A stretch of DNA of 64,000 nucleotides from IMG/VR virus record IMGVR_UViG_3300006175_000004, positions 1 to 64,000 of that record, one strand, 5' to 3'. Below the pieces are notes generated by a model. The model had not been told where the DNA came from. It saw only the letters and a program-made list of their open reading frames with translations, and ran no database searches. The position numbers and the translations under genes were made by a program. Origin of the DNA: a virus. This document shows, piece by piece, positions 36,490 through 46,957 of the stretch. Numbering within the stretch: the stretch's first letter is position 1; every line of letters starts with the position of its first letter.

Positions 36490-37644
36490 TCATCTTGTCC
36501 CTATGAATAGAAAGGAAAGCCCGAAGGCCGATCCATCCGCCACAGCCGGGGCGACGAATTTGAACAGATCACCCGTGAAGTTGATGGTCGAAGGAAAAGT
36601 GATAACCCCGGTGGTCAGCCCTGCGGGAACTGTCACCGATCCGATATTGACCGCCCCATTGAGAAAGTTGGCCGTCCAATCCGCAGCGGGCGGACCTTCG
36701 AACTCAACAATGCTGCCCGGCATTCCCGCCGCGATCTGATACCCAACCTTGGTAGGCAGGGCGAAGACTTCATTGTTGGGCGATGCAAGCGGCAGGTACC
36801 ACGATCCTTGGGGCTGCCAAGCATTGACAGAAGTGGCGATTGCGGTCGCCACGCCGCCGATGATCCGAATGGTGACCCCGTCACCCATAACGATTCCGAA
36901 TTGCGCGTCGTCGCCAAGCTGCACAGCCGGGGCCGCATTCGCCCGCATGTATTGTGTGCCGCTGCCATTGATCGCAATCGGCCCCGCAAGGGCTGTAGGA
37001 TTGCCCGGCTGCGGGCCACCGCCACCCCCGCCCCAATTGACCGAGAAGACACCCCCAATGCTTGTGATCGACGAATTGTCAGGCGAAGCCAAGCCAAGCA
37101 AGCCCGGCAGGGCGAAGGGCGACCCATTGATGATGACTTCCCCCGTCATCCCAATCGTAGGGGCCGTGGCTTGCACGCCAGCATTGTTCACAAGCAGGGA
37201 TGACCCACCGCCTATCGTCCGGAGCAAGGCCCCGTCCGGGCCGTAAATCACGACCTGATCGGGGCTGTCCGCCACCGTCCAGTTCTTGTTGGCCAGCGGC
37301 ATGAAGAACAGCGTCGACAGATTGGCAGCCGGGGCCAAGCTTGCTGTCCCTACCCCAAGCCCTGTCTGACCGCCCAAGCGGGCATCCACAGCGACCACTG
37401 TGCCCTTATCGCCGGGCCTGATGGGATACCGGATATACTCCGGGCCGAACATCGGAACCGTGACATTCGGCAGCGTGAATGGCGTGTTCGTCAGTTCGAA
37501 CTTCACCGTCACAATTGATCCGTCGACCGACACCACAGATGCGGGCAGGGATTTTCCAAGGTTCTGAATCGCGTTCGCTGCCTTCTTCGCAGCGAATTGG
37601 TTCATCGAAACTTGGAACGGGGTCTTTTGTGCATTGTTCGCCAT
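36490..37644 (-). CDS. Baseplate spike protein with C-terminal extension
   Basis: N-terminal OB-fold LPASVVSV...PEYIRYPIRPGDKG; position after hub. Confidence 0.75.
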   Translation of the reverse strand: MANNAQKTPFQVSMNQFAAKKAANAIQNLGKSLPASVVSVDGSIVTVKFELTNTPFTLPNVTVPMFGPEYIRYPIRPGDKGTVVAVDARLGGQTGLGVGTASLAPAANLSTLFFMPLANKNWTVADSPDQVVIYGPDGALLRTIGGGSSLLVNNAGVQATAPTIGMTGEVIINGSPFALPGLLGLASPDNSSITSIGGVFSVNWGGGGGGPQPGNPTALAGPIAINGSGTQYMRANAAPAVQLGDDAQFGIVMGDGVTIRIIGGVATAIATSVNAWQPQGSWYLPLASPNNEVFALPTKVGYQIAAGMPGSIVEFEGPPAADWTANFLNGAVNIGSVTVPAGLTTGVITFPSTINFTGDLFKFVAPAVADGSAFGLSFLFIGTR

Positions 37645-37650
37645 TGCTGG

Positions 37651-38646
37651 CTACCCGGTCTTTTGGGCGGAAGCGTCGATCACGGTCACCCAACTATCAG
37701 CGTCAGGCTGCCGGAAGTTTCCGACATGGCGAACCTGCTGCACCAAGAATGATCCCTGAAACGCGGTCTTCAGATCGACTTGCCCGGATTCCGCTGCCTG
37801 CGTCGTGGTGGCGAATATCCCCTGTGGCATTTTGACAATGTCGCTCAATTTGATGTCGGCCCGCATAGGGCACTTGAACTGTATAAGGTTCGGCCCGATC
37901 CATGTTGGCTGCCCGATCAAATCCTTGAACAAGATATTCGTGGGTATCTGATTCACTGTCCCATCGAAGACCGAGAAGACCTTTTCCGTCAGCGCGATTC
38001 TGACCCCGCTATAAGCCCCGCCGATCAGATCGGCAGACATGCCCTGAATGTATGTCGCGTATTCTTCGATGGTTTGGTAGTAGCCGGTATCCGCAACATC
38101 CTGCGTGAAGACCAGATCAGGCGATATCTCGATGTCGGCGGTATATCCGGGGAAGGCTGTCGAAAGCGTTTGAGCGATTGCATCCTTGAGCAGCGTGCCC
38201 TTGGCCCATGAATGGACGATGTTCTTGGGCTTCGCAATTGTGCCAGCATCGACATTCAGGATCAGATCGAGCGACATTTCTGTGCCGATCCAGTTGCCGA
38301 AAGCCTGAAAGACAAAACCCGAAAACAGCAGCCCGGACAGCAGCGGATTGGCGAGCGGCAAGCCCTTCTGCATTCCGCCATAGACCGCAACCTGAAACCC
38401 GTTCAGATCATGCGCCTGACTGATTTCCTGAAGACTGATTCCATGTATCTTGATGAATGACCCGCCCGCAGGCGTGCCGAATGAGGACACGATGATGTCC
38501 ATTTCAACATTCAGTGCGCCGGGCAGCGTCTTCCCGGCCACGAAGCTGGTATACGAAGTATCAAACGCCTGAAGCCTTGCGAGCGACTGCGGGATGAATA
38601 TCTGCCCGGTCGCCGTGTTGGTAAGCCTGATCGAATAGTACCGCAT
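37651..38646 (-). CDS. Baseplate hub protein
   Basis: MRYYSI..., GGMQKGLPLANP, QAFGNWIG, LIGQPTW, RHVGNFRQPD. Confidence 0.8.
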   Translation of the reverse strand: MRYYSIRLTNTATGQIFIPQSLARLQAFDTSYTSFVAGKTLPGALNVEMDIIVSSFGTPAGGSFIKIHGISLQEISQAHDLNGFQVAVYGGMQKGLPLANPLLSGLLFSGFVFQAFGNWIGTEMSLDLILNVDAGTIAKPKNIVHSWAKGTLLKDAIAQTLSTAFPGYTADIEISPDLVFTQDVADTGYYQTIEEYATYIQGMSADLIGGAYSGVRIALTEKVFSVFDGTVNQIPTNILFKDLIGQPTWIGPNLIQFKCPMRADIKLSDIVKMPQGIFATTTQAAESGQVDLKTAFQGSFLVQQVRHVGNFRQPDADSWVTVIDASAQKTG

Positions 38647-40023
38647 TCATGGCAGCCCAAAGCCGGTGCGTAATTTCTTGACTTGCGAGTAAAGGTTGTC
38701 GAATTGCGCAGCGGTCAAAGCAAAATCCCACCCGGCTGAAAATGCGAAGCGACCGTCAAGCGTGAAGGGCTGCGTTGCATCGCCGGTGCCAAGCACGGTG
38801 TCGGACGGGTTGCTGTCGGTATCCCCAAGGAAGATACCGGCAGAAGTTTGGTTCAGCCCATTCACGAAGAAGGTCGACACCCCTGAACTCTGATTGATCG
38901 ATGCGCCGACGAAATACCAACCGGGCGGGGTCGGGGTGGTTGAAGTCAGATACCACTCAACTCCGGCCTGATAATCATCGGCCCCGGCCAGCAGGAATTT
39001 GTCCGCTTGGAAATGCCCGGTGTAGTAATTCACCCCACCGGAGAATTGCAGCCAGCTATAGAATGCGACCGCGATGCCTTCATGCTGAAGCGTCGTGGTG
39101 GTATTGAAGATCGACATCCACCGGAAATCAGAAGCACCCGGCGCTGCATGACCCGGAAAATAGATCAGGCCCGCGCAACTGAAGCTCGCGTTCGACTGGT
39201 GGATTGCTTCTACCCACGCCGGATTGGCTTCGGCAATGCTGAGGAAATCGGTGCCGTCGCTGCTGAAGTATTCGTTGGCAGACAGCCCGCCCGATTGCCC
39301 GTGGAATGTCATGGCGTTCTTATTGAAGTTCAACCCATTGCCCGTCAGATCGGTGACCGTGCCACCGCTGCCCGGATAACTCGCGCTCGATCCTGCATCG
39401 ATCACAAACTTCGCGGGCGGAATGCCTGCCGCTGAGATGATGAAATTGAAGTTCTGATTCGTGGGAAGCCCGCCACCGCCACCGGTATTGGTATTGACTA
39501 CCCCACCAGTCGGCGTCGCTGTCAGAATTTTGATGTCGCTGACTTCGAACTGCTGGCTTGATTCGCGGAAGACCAGTGACGTGCTCGAGAAATATCCGGC
39601 TGTTATATTGATGTTGTAATTCACGATGCCGAGCTTCGTCGGATCGCCGGGGTCCGCATTCAAGGGGAATTGGAATTCGTTCTGCCCGGTGATCAATGCC
39701 TGCGTGGTGCCATTGTAGGCATCCGGGGCCATGCCCGACAGGGTCAGTTCTACCGTATCGTGCAGGATATATCCGTGTGGCTGTTCTGTGACCACAGTCA
39801 CAAAGCCATTCGCCCACGATGCGGACTGCACCGGGATCGCGTCCACCGATCCGATCACAGGCAGGGTCAGGATGCGAATTCCGTTCAGCGCGAACAAGCT
39901 GATGTAATATCGCCGTCCCACCATGTTCCATGTGACGACAGCGGTGTATTGTTGCCCGTCCAAGGTGGGCGTGAATTGGAAGGCCGCAGTCGCCGTCGGC
40001 AGAAAGTGGGTATATGTCGTCAT
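38647..40023 (-). CDS. Baseplate plug-like protein with C-terminal LamG-like domain
   Basis: FQFTPTLDG.QY...WN...RYY N-terminus; C-terminal DAGSSASYPGSGGTVTDLTGNG. Confidence 0.65.
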   Translation of the reverse strand: MTTYTHFLPTATAAFQFTPTLDGQQYTAVVTWNMVGRRYYISLFALNGIRILTLPVIGSVDAIPVQSASWANGFVTVVTEQPHGYILHDTVELTLSGMAPDAYNGTTQALITGQNEFQFPLNADPGDPTKLGIVNYNINITAGYFSSTSLVFRESSQQFEVSDIKILTATPTGGVVNTNTGGGGGLPTNQNFNFIISAAGIPPAKFVIDAGSSASYPGSGGTVTDLTGNGLNFNKNAMTFHGQSGGLSANEYFSSDGTDFLSIAEANPAWVEAIHQSNASFSCAGLIYFPGHAAPGASDFRWMSIFNTTTTLQHEGIAVAFYSWLQFSGGVNYYTGHFQADKFLLAGADDYQAGVEWYLTSTTPTPPGWYFVGASINQSSGVSTFFVNGLNQTSAGIFLGDTDSNPSDTVLGTGDATQPFTLDGRFAFSAGWDFALTAAQFDNLYSQVKKLRTGFGLP

Positions 40024-40784
40024 GGACTGACCGGGGAAGGCGGTTGCGGCACTGATGTATTCGATGCGTTGCCAGCTTGCGCTGCCGGGATCACAGATGA
40101 TCCTGCGAGCGTCGGCGGGAAGCCCAAGGTATTCTCAACGCTTGACCACGCGGGTGGCCCGTTGAAAGCTGTGCCGTTGGTGGCCTTCTGCATGAAGCTG
40201 CTCAAAGCCTGTTCCGCCTGTTCTTCGGTCAGCAGCGGTATCTCAAAGTCCAATTGCCACGCCCAATTCGCCTGCTTGCTTTCCCCACTTGATACATCGC
40301 GGAAGGAGAGCATCAGCGCGTTTGCATAAATGAAAGACGGAGTGGCAAGCGTATATGTGCCGCCCGACTGGTTGTGCTGGTCAAGCGACGCTTTCAACGC
40401 GGTAATAATTGCGGGCTTGTTGCCATATCCGCCCGGCTCGCGCACAGGGCAAACCATCCGGAAGGAGACCTTCAACGGGCTTTGAATGACCGCGTTTGCA
40501 GCCACCGCCTGATTGGCGAAGGGGTAGTGGCCCACATCCTGATTGATCAATTCGGAACCGGGCAGCGGAATGTATTGGGCGAAGAAGTCGTTCAGATCGA
40601 TGTTGGTATCCGCATTTTCCAAAATGCCATTGTTGCCGAAGACCGGGTTCCCAAAGGATGCAGCATCGGTCAGCGAAATGATCGGCAGTATCCCACCCGG
40701 AAGATTTGTGGCGATGCCGTTGGTCAAGATGATGGGGCTGACCTGATAGGCCAACTGAAAGCGGGAGATTCCTGGGCTGACCAT
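40020..40784 (-). CDS. Tail tube initiator/baseplate protein
   Basis: FQLAYQVSPIIL, YPFANQAVAANA; directly after tape measure. Confidence 0.7.
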   Translation of the reverse strand: MVSPGISRFQLAYQVSPIILTNGIATNLPGGILPIISLTDAASFGNPVFGNNGILENADTNIDLNDFFAQYIPLPGSELINQDVGHYPFANQAVAANAVIQSPLKVSFRMVCPVREPGGYGNKPAIITALKASLDQHNQSGGTYTLATPSFIYANALMLSFRDVSSGESKQANWAWQLDFEIPLLTEEQAEQALSSFMQKATNGTAFNGPPAWSSVENTLGFPPTLAGSSVIPAAQAGNASNTSVPQPPSPVSP

Positions 40785-40785
40785 G

Positions 40786-42561
40786 TCAGTGTGGGAGTTG
40801 GGAAGAAGCGACCACTGCGCTTCCGCCTGTGTTGTTCAGAATGTTGATGATCACTTCCTTTGAGAACCCCGCGTTCGCTCTTCGATTTTCCTGCAACGCC
40901 ATCGCTGACAGGATTGAGGCCAATTGGTCCTTGTTGGCTGGATCAAGCGGATCGTTCGCACCGATCTTCGTGCGTTCCGCCACGGCCTTGATGTAACCTG
41001 CGGTATCGTTTTCGTTTGGCGGGGCAAACTTTGTGATGATCCCCGCAATGGTGTTCAGCTTGTCGCGATTTTCGTACAATTGCAATTGATGAGCCGCAGC
41101 CTTCACGCCTTCGGCATCCGATCCAAAGGTTTGAAATGCGGTCGTCGATCCGGGCACCCGAAGGTTGAACGGATTGTGCCTGCCGCCACCCGCGCTTGCG
41201 AATGGAATTCCGCTCGAGCGCACACCGCCACCGCCACCGCCGCTACCACCGAAGAAATAACGAAGCAATTGAGCGCCGGGCTCCATGACCATGTTTGATC
41301 CGTGGCCCGCTGCGGATGCTTCCCGCTGCTTCTCGAAGCTGTAGCCAAAGCCTGCCCCGGCAACCGCGCCAACCGGCCCACCGACAGCGAAACCGCCGAC
41401 AGCCCCGCCACCCGCCGCTGCTGAAGCCTTCAGGCCCGTGCTGGTGACGAGCCAATGGATTGCCCCGGCCAATGCACCGACGTCTTCTGTGAAGCCTTTG
41501 ACCTTCGCCTTGAAATCGGACCCGCCCAAATAGGTGGCCCACTCACCCAGTGTCTTACCGAAGTCCTTGATGGCTTCCTTGAGCTTTGGGGTCTCAAGAA
41601 ATGCCTTGACCGTATCGGCAGCCGATTCGGAAAGGTCGCCAAGCTTGTCAGCCACATCGGTCAGATCATCGACCAAAACATTTTCGATGCGATCCCCGGC
41701 CCGCTCGAGTTTGATCAGAAAGTTCTGCCACTTTTCCTGCGTGTCACCGCCAAGATCGAATGACTTGACATCCTTCCCATATTGCCCGGCGACGGTATTA
41801 AATGTGCCCGCACCCGTGCCCCTGATCCGGTTGGCTTCCTGAATTCCGATACCAAAATTCTCAAGGCCCAAGGCTCCGATGCGATTGCCGAGCTGTGCTT
41901 GCGGAATGCTGTCAAGCAGGGGCTTCAGCTTCTGGAACAGCAGCGGAGCCACATCACCCGTCGTCTTCCCAGCGATATCGGATTCAGTCAGCCCGGCATT
42001 ATAAAGGAACCGCCGCTTGGACACATCGCTCAGAGACTCGTTCACGCCCGACAGGAAGCTGTTGGGATCGACGTAGCGGCTGTAATTCAGGCCGAAGGCT
42101 TGCCGCTGCCCGTATGTCGCATTCAGCCCCAGCGAAGCCCTGCGGCCCGATGACACGGTCTGAGCAAGGCGGTCAAGCCCGAACAGCGATCCCCCGCCAA
42201 TCAGCCCGGTGGCAAGCGTCCCAAGGCCCGTCCATTTGGCGATGGTCCGCAGATTTTCACCAACGCTACGGGCTGCTTCCTTGGTGTATCGCGCGATGTT
42301 CTTCCACGCGGTTTCGGTCTTCTTGATCTCCTTGGTCTGATTTTCCTCAGACTTGGCGAGCTGCTTTGATATCGCATTCCACGTATACAGGGCCTTCACA
42401 ATGTCGGTGAAGGTATCGCTTTGCGCGTCGACCTGACCGCCGATCTTCTTCCACGCGTCGCCCTGCTTCTTGAGAGCTTCAGTGTACTTTTGGAACAGCG
42501 CGTGAAACCGTTTGAATTCGGCGTCATTGACGTCGATATCGATGACAGATTTGACGGTCAT
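40786..42561 (-). CDS. Tape measure protein with C-terminal lysozyme-like domain
   Basis: KSVIDIDVND N-terminus, helical Ala/Gly-rich body, RHNPFNLR...TIAGIITKFAPPNENDTAGYI. Confidence 0.8.
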   Translation of the reverse strand: MTVKSVIDIDVNDAEFKRFHALFQKYTEALKKQGDAWKKIGGQVDAQSDTFTDIVKALYTWNAISKQLAKSEENQTKEIKKTETAWKNIARYTKEAARSVGENLRTIAKWTGLGTLATGLIGGGSLFGLDRLAQTVSSGRRASLGLNATYGQRQAFGLNYSRYVDPNSFLSGVNESLSDVSKRRFLYNAGLTESDIAGKTTGDVAPLLFQKLKPLLDSIPQAQLGNRIGALGLENFGIGIQEANRIRGTGAGTFNTVAGQYGKDVKSFDLGGDTQEKWQNFLIKLERAGDRIENVLVDDLTDVADKLGDLSESAADTVKAFLETPKLKEAIKDFGKTLGEWATYLGGSDFKAKVKGFTEDVGALAGAIHWLVTSTGLKASAAAGGGAVGGFAVGGPVGAVAGAGFGYSFEKQREASAAGHGSNMVMEPGAQLLRYFFGGSGGGGGGVRSSGIPFASAGGGRHNPFNLRVPGSTTAFQTFGSDAEGVKAAAHQLQLYENRDKLNTIAGIITKFAPPNENDTAGYIKAVAERTKIGANDPLDPANKDQLASILSAMALQENRRANAGFSKEVIINILNNTGGSAVVASSQLPH

Positions 42562-42863
42562 GATTGCCCCAAGCCCCGCAAGTAGCGGTGGCGAAAGTCC
42601 TGCGCGTCTGCGAAGTCAAGGCCGGGCATTTTCTGCGCGGCGATCAATTCCGCGAAGCCTTCAGTGACGACCCATTCCAAAACTTCGTGCACTACTGTGC
42701 TGCCTTCTTGGTAATATCTTCGTCCTTGGTCGGTGTCCGCAAGGAAGCTGCGAATTCCGTAGAGTTCGATGACACGATTCGCGCTTCCCATAGATCGCAG
42801 GCCATCCCAAGCACCCCCGGCAGTTGGGTCTTTCGGTGCATGAGCGAGACTACAGTAAAAAAA
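42558..42863 (-). CDS. Tail assembly chaperone -1 frameshift extension (gpGT-like)
   Basis: T TTT TTT at 42863-42857; -1 frame stays open to TGA at 42558 overlapping the tape measure ATG. Confidence 0.6.
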   Translation of the reverse strand, partial: FFYCSLAHAPKDPTAGGAWDGLRSMGSANRVIELYGIRSFLADTDQGRRYYQEGSTVVHEVLEWVVTEGFAELIAAQKMPGLDFADAQDFRHRYLRGLGQS

Positions 42864-43279
42864 GCCAGTGCGTTTTCGACCTCGCTGGCTTCGTCCTGAT
42901 CTAACATGTTTTTGCGGAGCGCTTCATCGAAGGGGATCGCTTCCCAACCTTGCTCGGTCAGAAGGATCGCAGACGTCAGGCGATGGATTTCTCCCACAAG
43001 CCCGTGCTGCACTTCGGCAACATATTCGTCGCCACCCATCTTCTTGGCTTCCTGCTTCAGAAGCAGGGCAGCGACAGCGGGTCCGCTGCTGACCCCCAAA
43101 CCTTCCCCGTAGATCGCGGCGAAGGTTTTGGCGATGACCATGAAATAGGCGTCGAATACCACCCGATTGATTGGCGTCGAATGGATATGGATGGTCTGTC
43201 CATTGTCGCGCGGCAATGGTATGACCAGATTCAACTTTCGATTGATGTGAATTGCTTGCATTGGTGGGTGCCTCTGCAA
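42692..43279 (-). CDS. Tail assembly chaperone
   Basis: INRKLNLVIP...HSTPI; located between tube and tape measure genes. Confidence 0.75.
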   Translation of the reverse strand: MQRHPPMQAIHINRKLNLVIPLPRDNGQTIHIHSTPINRVVFDAYFMVIAKTFAAIYGEGLGVSSGPAVAALLLKQEAKKMGGDEYVAEVQHGLVGEIHRLTSAILLTEQGWEAIPFDEALRKNMLDQDEASEVENALAFFTVVSLMHRKTQLPGVLGMACDLWEARIVSSNSTEFAASLRTPTKDEDITKKAAQ

Positions 43280-43304
43280 TGGTGGAAGGGATCAGGCCAA
43301 GCTC

Positions 43305-43748
43305 TTATTCACTCCACAGATCGTTGTTGATCAAATAGTAACCGCCGATGGTTATCCGATATCCCGCGTCCTTCCCGTTCATCGCAAGCGGGGCCACCGA
43401 TTGAATGGCCGTGTTGATGAACTGGTAGGGCGGGAATGAACGCGTATCAGGCCGCACCGTTATCGTGCCGATCCGGGCGTCCGCTTCCATTTGCTCCTTG
43501 TACAAGCTCGACAGGAACTGCGATTTGAGCAAATGAATGGTGACCTGCACCGGCATATAAGGCTCCGGCGAAGTCACCGCCCCGGTCAGTGTTGGAATGA
43601 ACAGCACCGCGTCGCCTTGCAAAGCGACCCCGATTCCGTCTTCCCCAAGGAAGCCAGCGGTGACATTCAGTTCGGGAAAGTCGGGGATCACAACAGACGC
43701 AATCAGCCTGTTGAGCGTGCCCTGATCAATAAGCGGGTTTCCTGCCAC
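43305..43748 (-). CDS. Tail tube protein
   Basis: NPLIDQGTLNR, VTSPEPY; 147 aa directly after sheath. Confidence 0.8.
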   Translation of the reverse strand: MAGNPLIDQGTLNRLIASVVIPDFPELNVTAGFLGEDGIGVALQGDAVLFIPTLTGAVTSPEPYMPVQVTIHLLKSQFLSSLYKEQMEADARIGTITVRPDTRSFPPYQFINTAIQSVAPLAMNGKDAGYRITIGGYYLINNDLWSE

Positions 43749-43786
43749 GGTCTATCTCCAATCTGGAAGTAAAAGGTTTCGGTATT

Positions 43787-45403
43787 TTACAGGGCGACGA
43801 AGTTGCTGACGTTGATGTTGAAGACGATCTGCGTGAAGCCCCGCGCGGGCACATAGGCGACTGTCAGACCGGCATACCTGCCAATCTTGTAGTCGCCCGG
43901 ATTGGCAAGGCTGTAGGGAATGAAAGGCACAGCGTTGATGACCGTCTTCCCGGCGTATTTCCCGCTGTCCAAAGCTTGCTGGAATGCGACGGCGTCAAGC
44001 TGCGTCTGAACGATGTCGCCAAGCACAAGGCCGAAGGAAACGCCGTCAGTCATCAGATTGACCACAACCGCTTGCAGGCGATTGATTCCATCCTGATTGT
44101 AATACAGCGGGTTCTGCGGGTTGTTCGATCCATTGATTATGGCGTTGGCAATCCGCAGGTCGCCATTGATCTGCACCCAATCCACCGAGTACCAAAAGGT
44201 GAAGTCGTTGCCGTCCTTGGTGGTGCCCCAAAAGATCACGGCGTTGCTGATCCCGCCTTCAGCACCGGTGCCAACCCAGTTCGTGAAGGATGCCTTCAGG
44301 GCCGCGAGCAGAACATTGTTGCCCACGATGGGATATGGGGTAACCCCGAACAGATAGCTGAAGGCGAAGGGCGTGACCTTATTGGTCGATGATGGGGAAT
44401 AATTCAGCGCCACCCAAAAGTCTGCGGCAAGACTGAATTCCGTGACCGGAATGCCCGGTGCTTCCACCGCCACGATGGCGCACTTCATCAGGTCGGTGAA
44501 GCTGGTGTAATTCGATGTGGTGGCCGTGATCCAGAAGTAGGTCTTGGCGGTCAGGGATTCATACCCGGCCATGAATGACAAGAATGTGCTTTCAGCAGCC
44601 CATGACCTCGGCACCAAATATCCGTAGAAGAATTGCGGGCTCGCTGCGATAAAGGCACCAAGCTCGGTCACGCCTTGCGCCGGAGTGCCCGGCCCCAATT
44701 CAAGCACGTAGACCGCTTGCTGCGATCCCATCCCGAAGAAGGTGGTCGCCATCGCCACGAGTTCGGACGAATTGCCCGGCGTATATTTGATGGTGCCAGT
44801 AGCCGGACTGGTCAGCGTGGATGGAATTGTATACGTGAATGTGCTCGCGGATGCTACGGTCGCCAAGAATGTGCCGTTGTATCCGGCAGGCGTAGCTCCG
44901 CTGATGGTGGTCAGGAATGAGCCGGAAGCGGGCATGTTGTCCAATTGGACATCTGCCGTTGCAATGGTCATGGTCAGCGAAGTGGCGACGGTATAGATCA
45001 GCGTGCCGCCCGTCGATCCTGCTTCGGCAGTGAATGTGCCGTCAATCGAAGCGAAGCTGCCTGTTCCCGTTGCCCCGGACACAGTAACCACTTGGCCCGG
45101 AAGAATTCCGATGTTGGCGGTCAAAGTCAGCGTGACTTCTCCCGTCAAAGTGTCATAGCTGCCTGCCGATATGGTGGTCGAAGGCAACGTCGCCGTCGCT
45201 GTGGTGCCTGAAGAAGTCAGGCTCGCCAGCGTGATCGCGGTAGCCAATTGTGCCGTCAGATCGGCAAGCTGCGTCAGCAAAGCCGTTGCACCAACCGCAA
45301 GCTTGGTGCCGCCTTGGCTGATCAATGCCCCTGTCTTCTGAAGTGTCGACGGGGTAGGGGCCACCGTCTCCGTGACATTGGTAATGACAATGTTATTGGT
45401 CAT
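43787..45403 (-). CDS. Tail sheath protein
   Basis: PSTLQKTGALISQGGT, WYSVDWVQIN, NPLYYNQDGINRLQ; start MTNNIV with GAGG SD. Confidence 0.88.
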   Translation of the reverse strand: MTNNIVITNVTETVAPTPSTLQKTGALISQGGTKLAVGATALLTQLADLTAQLATAITLASLTSSGTTATATLPSTTISAGSYDTLTGEVTLTLTANIGILPGQVVTVSGATGTGSFASIDGTFTAEAGSTGGTLIYTVATSLTMTIATADVQLDNMPASGSFLTTISGATPAGYNGTFLATVASASTFTYTIPSTLTSPATGTIKYTPGNSSELVAMATTFFGMGSQQAVYVLELGPGTPAQGVTELGAFIAASPQFFYGYLVPRSWAAESTFLSFMAGYESLTAKTYFWITATTSNYTSFTDLMKCAIVAVEAPGIPVTEFSLAADFWVALNYSPSSTNKVTPFAFSYLFGVTPYPIVGNNVLLAALKASFTNWVGTGAEGGISNAVIFWGTTKDGNDFTFWYSVDWVQINGDLRIANAIINGSNNPQNPLYYNQDGINRLQAVVVNLMTDGVSFGLVLGDIVQTQLDAVAFQQALDSGKYAGKTVINAVPFIPYSLANPGDYKIGRYAGLTVAYVPARGFTQIVFNINVSNFVAL

Positions 45404-45416
45404 CGATTTGATTCCC

Positions 45417-45605
45417 TCAAGGATAATCGGTGCATGGTTCGAACAGATCGTCAGCCGGTGGCCAAGGCCGCATCCGCCCAACCGCCGTCCTGATTTTCTT
45501 TACCAGATCAGGACGGCGTTCGCTTTCCAGCAGCTCGATCAGAAACGCTGCCTCATCCCGCGATAGCTGGATGTAAGCGACCGGGGGTTGATAACAGCGC
45601 GACAT
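45417..45605 (-). CDS. Small hypothetical protein
   Basis: 62-aa ORF filling gap. Confidence 0.45.
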   Translation of the reverse strand: MSRCYQPPVAYIQLSRDEAAFLIELLESERRPDLVKKIRTAVGRMRPWPPADDLFEPCTDYP

Positions 45606-45611
45606 CTGATC

Positions 45612-45908
45612 TTACGGACCAGTTGGCCCAGTCGCTCCGGTTGCTCCGGTTGCTCCGGTTGGCCCGGTAGGTCCGGTCGCTCCGGTTGCTCCGGTTGCTC
45701 CGGTTGGCCCGGTAGGTCCGGTCGGCCCCGCTACTCCGGCACCGGTCTGGTGCCAAGCTCCGGCCCGCCAAACGTAGGAAGCATAAGGCGTGGTGTCGAT
45801 ATTGTAGTAAATCTGCCCGATGGACAGCGCCACTCCGGGCGTGGAAACTCCAGTCGGTGCGCCATGCCCGAACAAAGGCTGTGGTGTCCAGATGGGATTC
45901 TGCGGCAT
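45612..45908 (-). CDS. Collagen-like (Gly-X-Thr) protein
   Basis: GGAG SD; C-terminal GPT/GAT triplets. Confidence 0.75.
   Translation of the reverse strand: MPQNPIWTPQPLFGHGAPTGVSTPGVALSIGQIYYNIDTTPYASYVWRAGAWHQTGAGVAGPTGPTGPTGATGATGATGPTGPTGATGATGATGPTGP
45631..45720. repeat. Perfect 45-bp tandem duplication built from 9-bp units
   Basis: gtcgctccggttgctccggttgctccggttggcccggtaggtccg x2. Confidence 0.9.
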
Positions 45909-45919
45909 TGAATTTTCTC

Positions 45920-46957
45920 CTATGGGTCTGGTACAGCGTAATTGATGATGACCGTCTTGATCAATTGCCGGGCGATATCCCGCGCAACACTCTGGTAGTA
46001 AGACACTTCAAAGTCGACCGACTTGCGCTGTGCAAGTATTCCGAATTCGACCTGCGGCCTTTTATCATCCCTGATCACAGGCATGTTCAGCAGGCCGATG
46101 CTGTCGTAATTGACGCTGAACTGATTGACGAAGTCCATGAAAGTCAGTGCCGCGTCGTTGTCGATCCCGTACATCACCACCCGCACAAGGTCTTTGCATA
46201 GCTGTGTGTGACCGTAAGTTCGATCTAGTCGCGGCGCTGACCCAATCGCCACAGTCCCCGTTGGTTCGATGTGAATCGTAGCAAACGGTGGCACTTCGTT
46301 CTGTGGCGAAAGGAATGACGGAAACAGCGGGAAGGTATCGTTGGAAAAGACTTCCCACGGCTGCGCTTTATAGTTGTTCATCGACAACCAAATCGGCAGC
46401 GAATTGGATACGATCAGCCGGTTGCGAAGCTGCTCCGGATCGTCGATCAATTGCGAGGCCATGATCGAATAAATGGCCCGCCCCACATAGTGGTATATGT
46501 CGGCCTGACGGTAGAAGCTGCCCCGGCTGCCGAAGGCGAACTTGATTCCGTCGAAGGTGCCCACATACATCAGGCTGGGATTGACCTCATTCAAATCCTT
46601 CACTTCGTTTTCGGACGTGAAGATCACCCGGTTGGACACGAAGGTTTCCGACTGATCCTGCGACAGATCGCTGATGTAATGCAGGCTTCCCTTCACCCTG
46701 ATGAATTGCGCCGGGGTATCCACGGACGCCAACTGGTCCAATTGGGCGGTATCGAACGGCGACGTATTGAACAGGGCGGACGGAGAAAGCTGATCGGCCT
46801 TCACCCAAAAGACGAAGCCATCAAGCGGAAGGACCACCCGCTTGTAGAGCGTAAAGTCGACTTCCTGCACATAGGATAACGTCTCGATCCCGGCAGCGAG
46901 CGCTGCATTCAGGAACGAGTTGTCGGTGCCGGTTGATTCCGCTGCGTTCGCCATCAC
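45920..46957 (-). CDS. Head closure/tail completion protein
   Basis: [26 protein letters not shown]; neck position. Confidence 0.65.
   Translation of the reverse strand: MMANAAESTGTDNSFLNAALAAGIETLSYVQEVDFTLYKRVVLPLDGFVFWVKADQLSPSALFNTSPFDTAQLDQLASVDTPAQFIRVKGSLHYISDLSQDQSETFVSNRVIFTSENEVKDLNEVNPSLMYVGTFDGIKFAFGSRGSFYRQADIYHYVGRAIYSIMASQLIDDPEQLRNRLIVSNSLPIWLSMNNYKAQPWEVFSNDTFPLFPSFLSPQNEVPPFATIHIEPTGTVAIGSAPRLDRTYGHTQLCKDLVRVVMYGIDNDAALTFMDFVNQFSVNYDSIGLLNMPVIRDDKRPQVEFGILAQRKSVDFEVSYYQSVARDIARQLIKTVIINYAVPDP

Noticed and set aside
45614-45733. Tandem repeats as CRISPR or non-coding VNTR
   Set aside because: 9-bp period encodes in-frame Gly-X-Thr collagen triplets; no spacers
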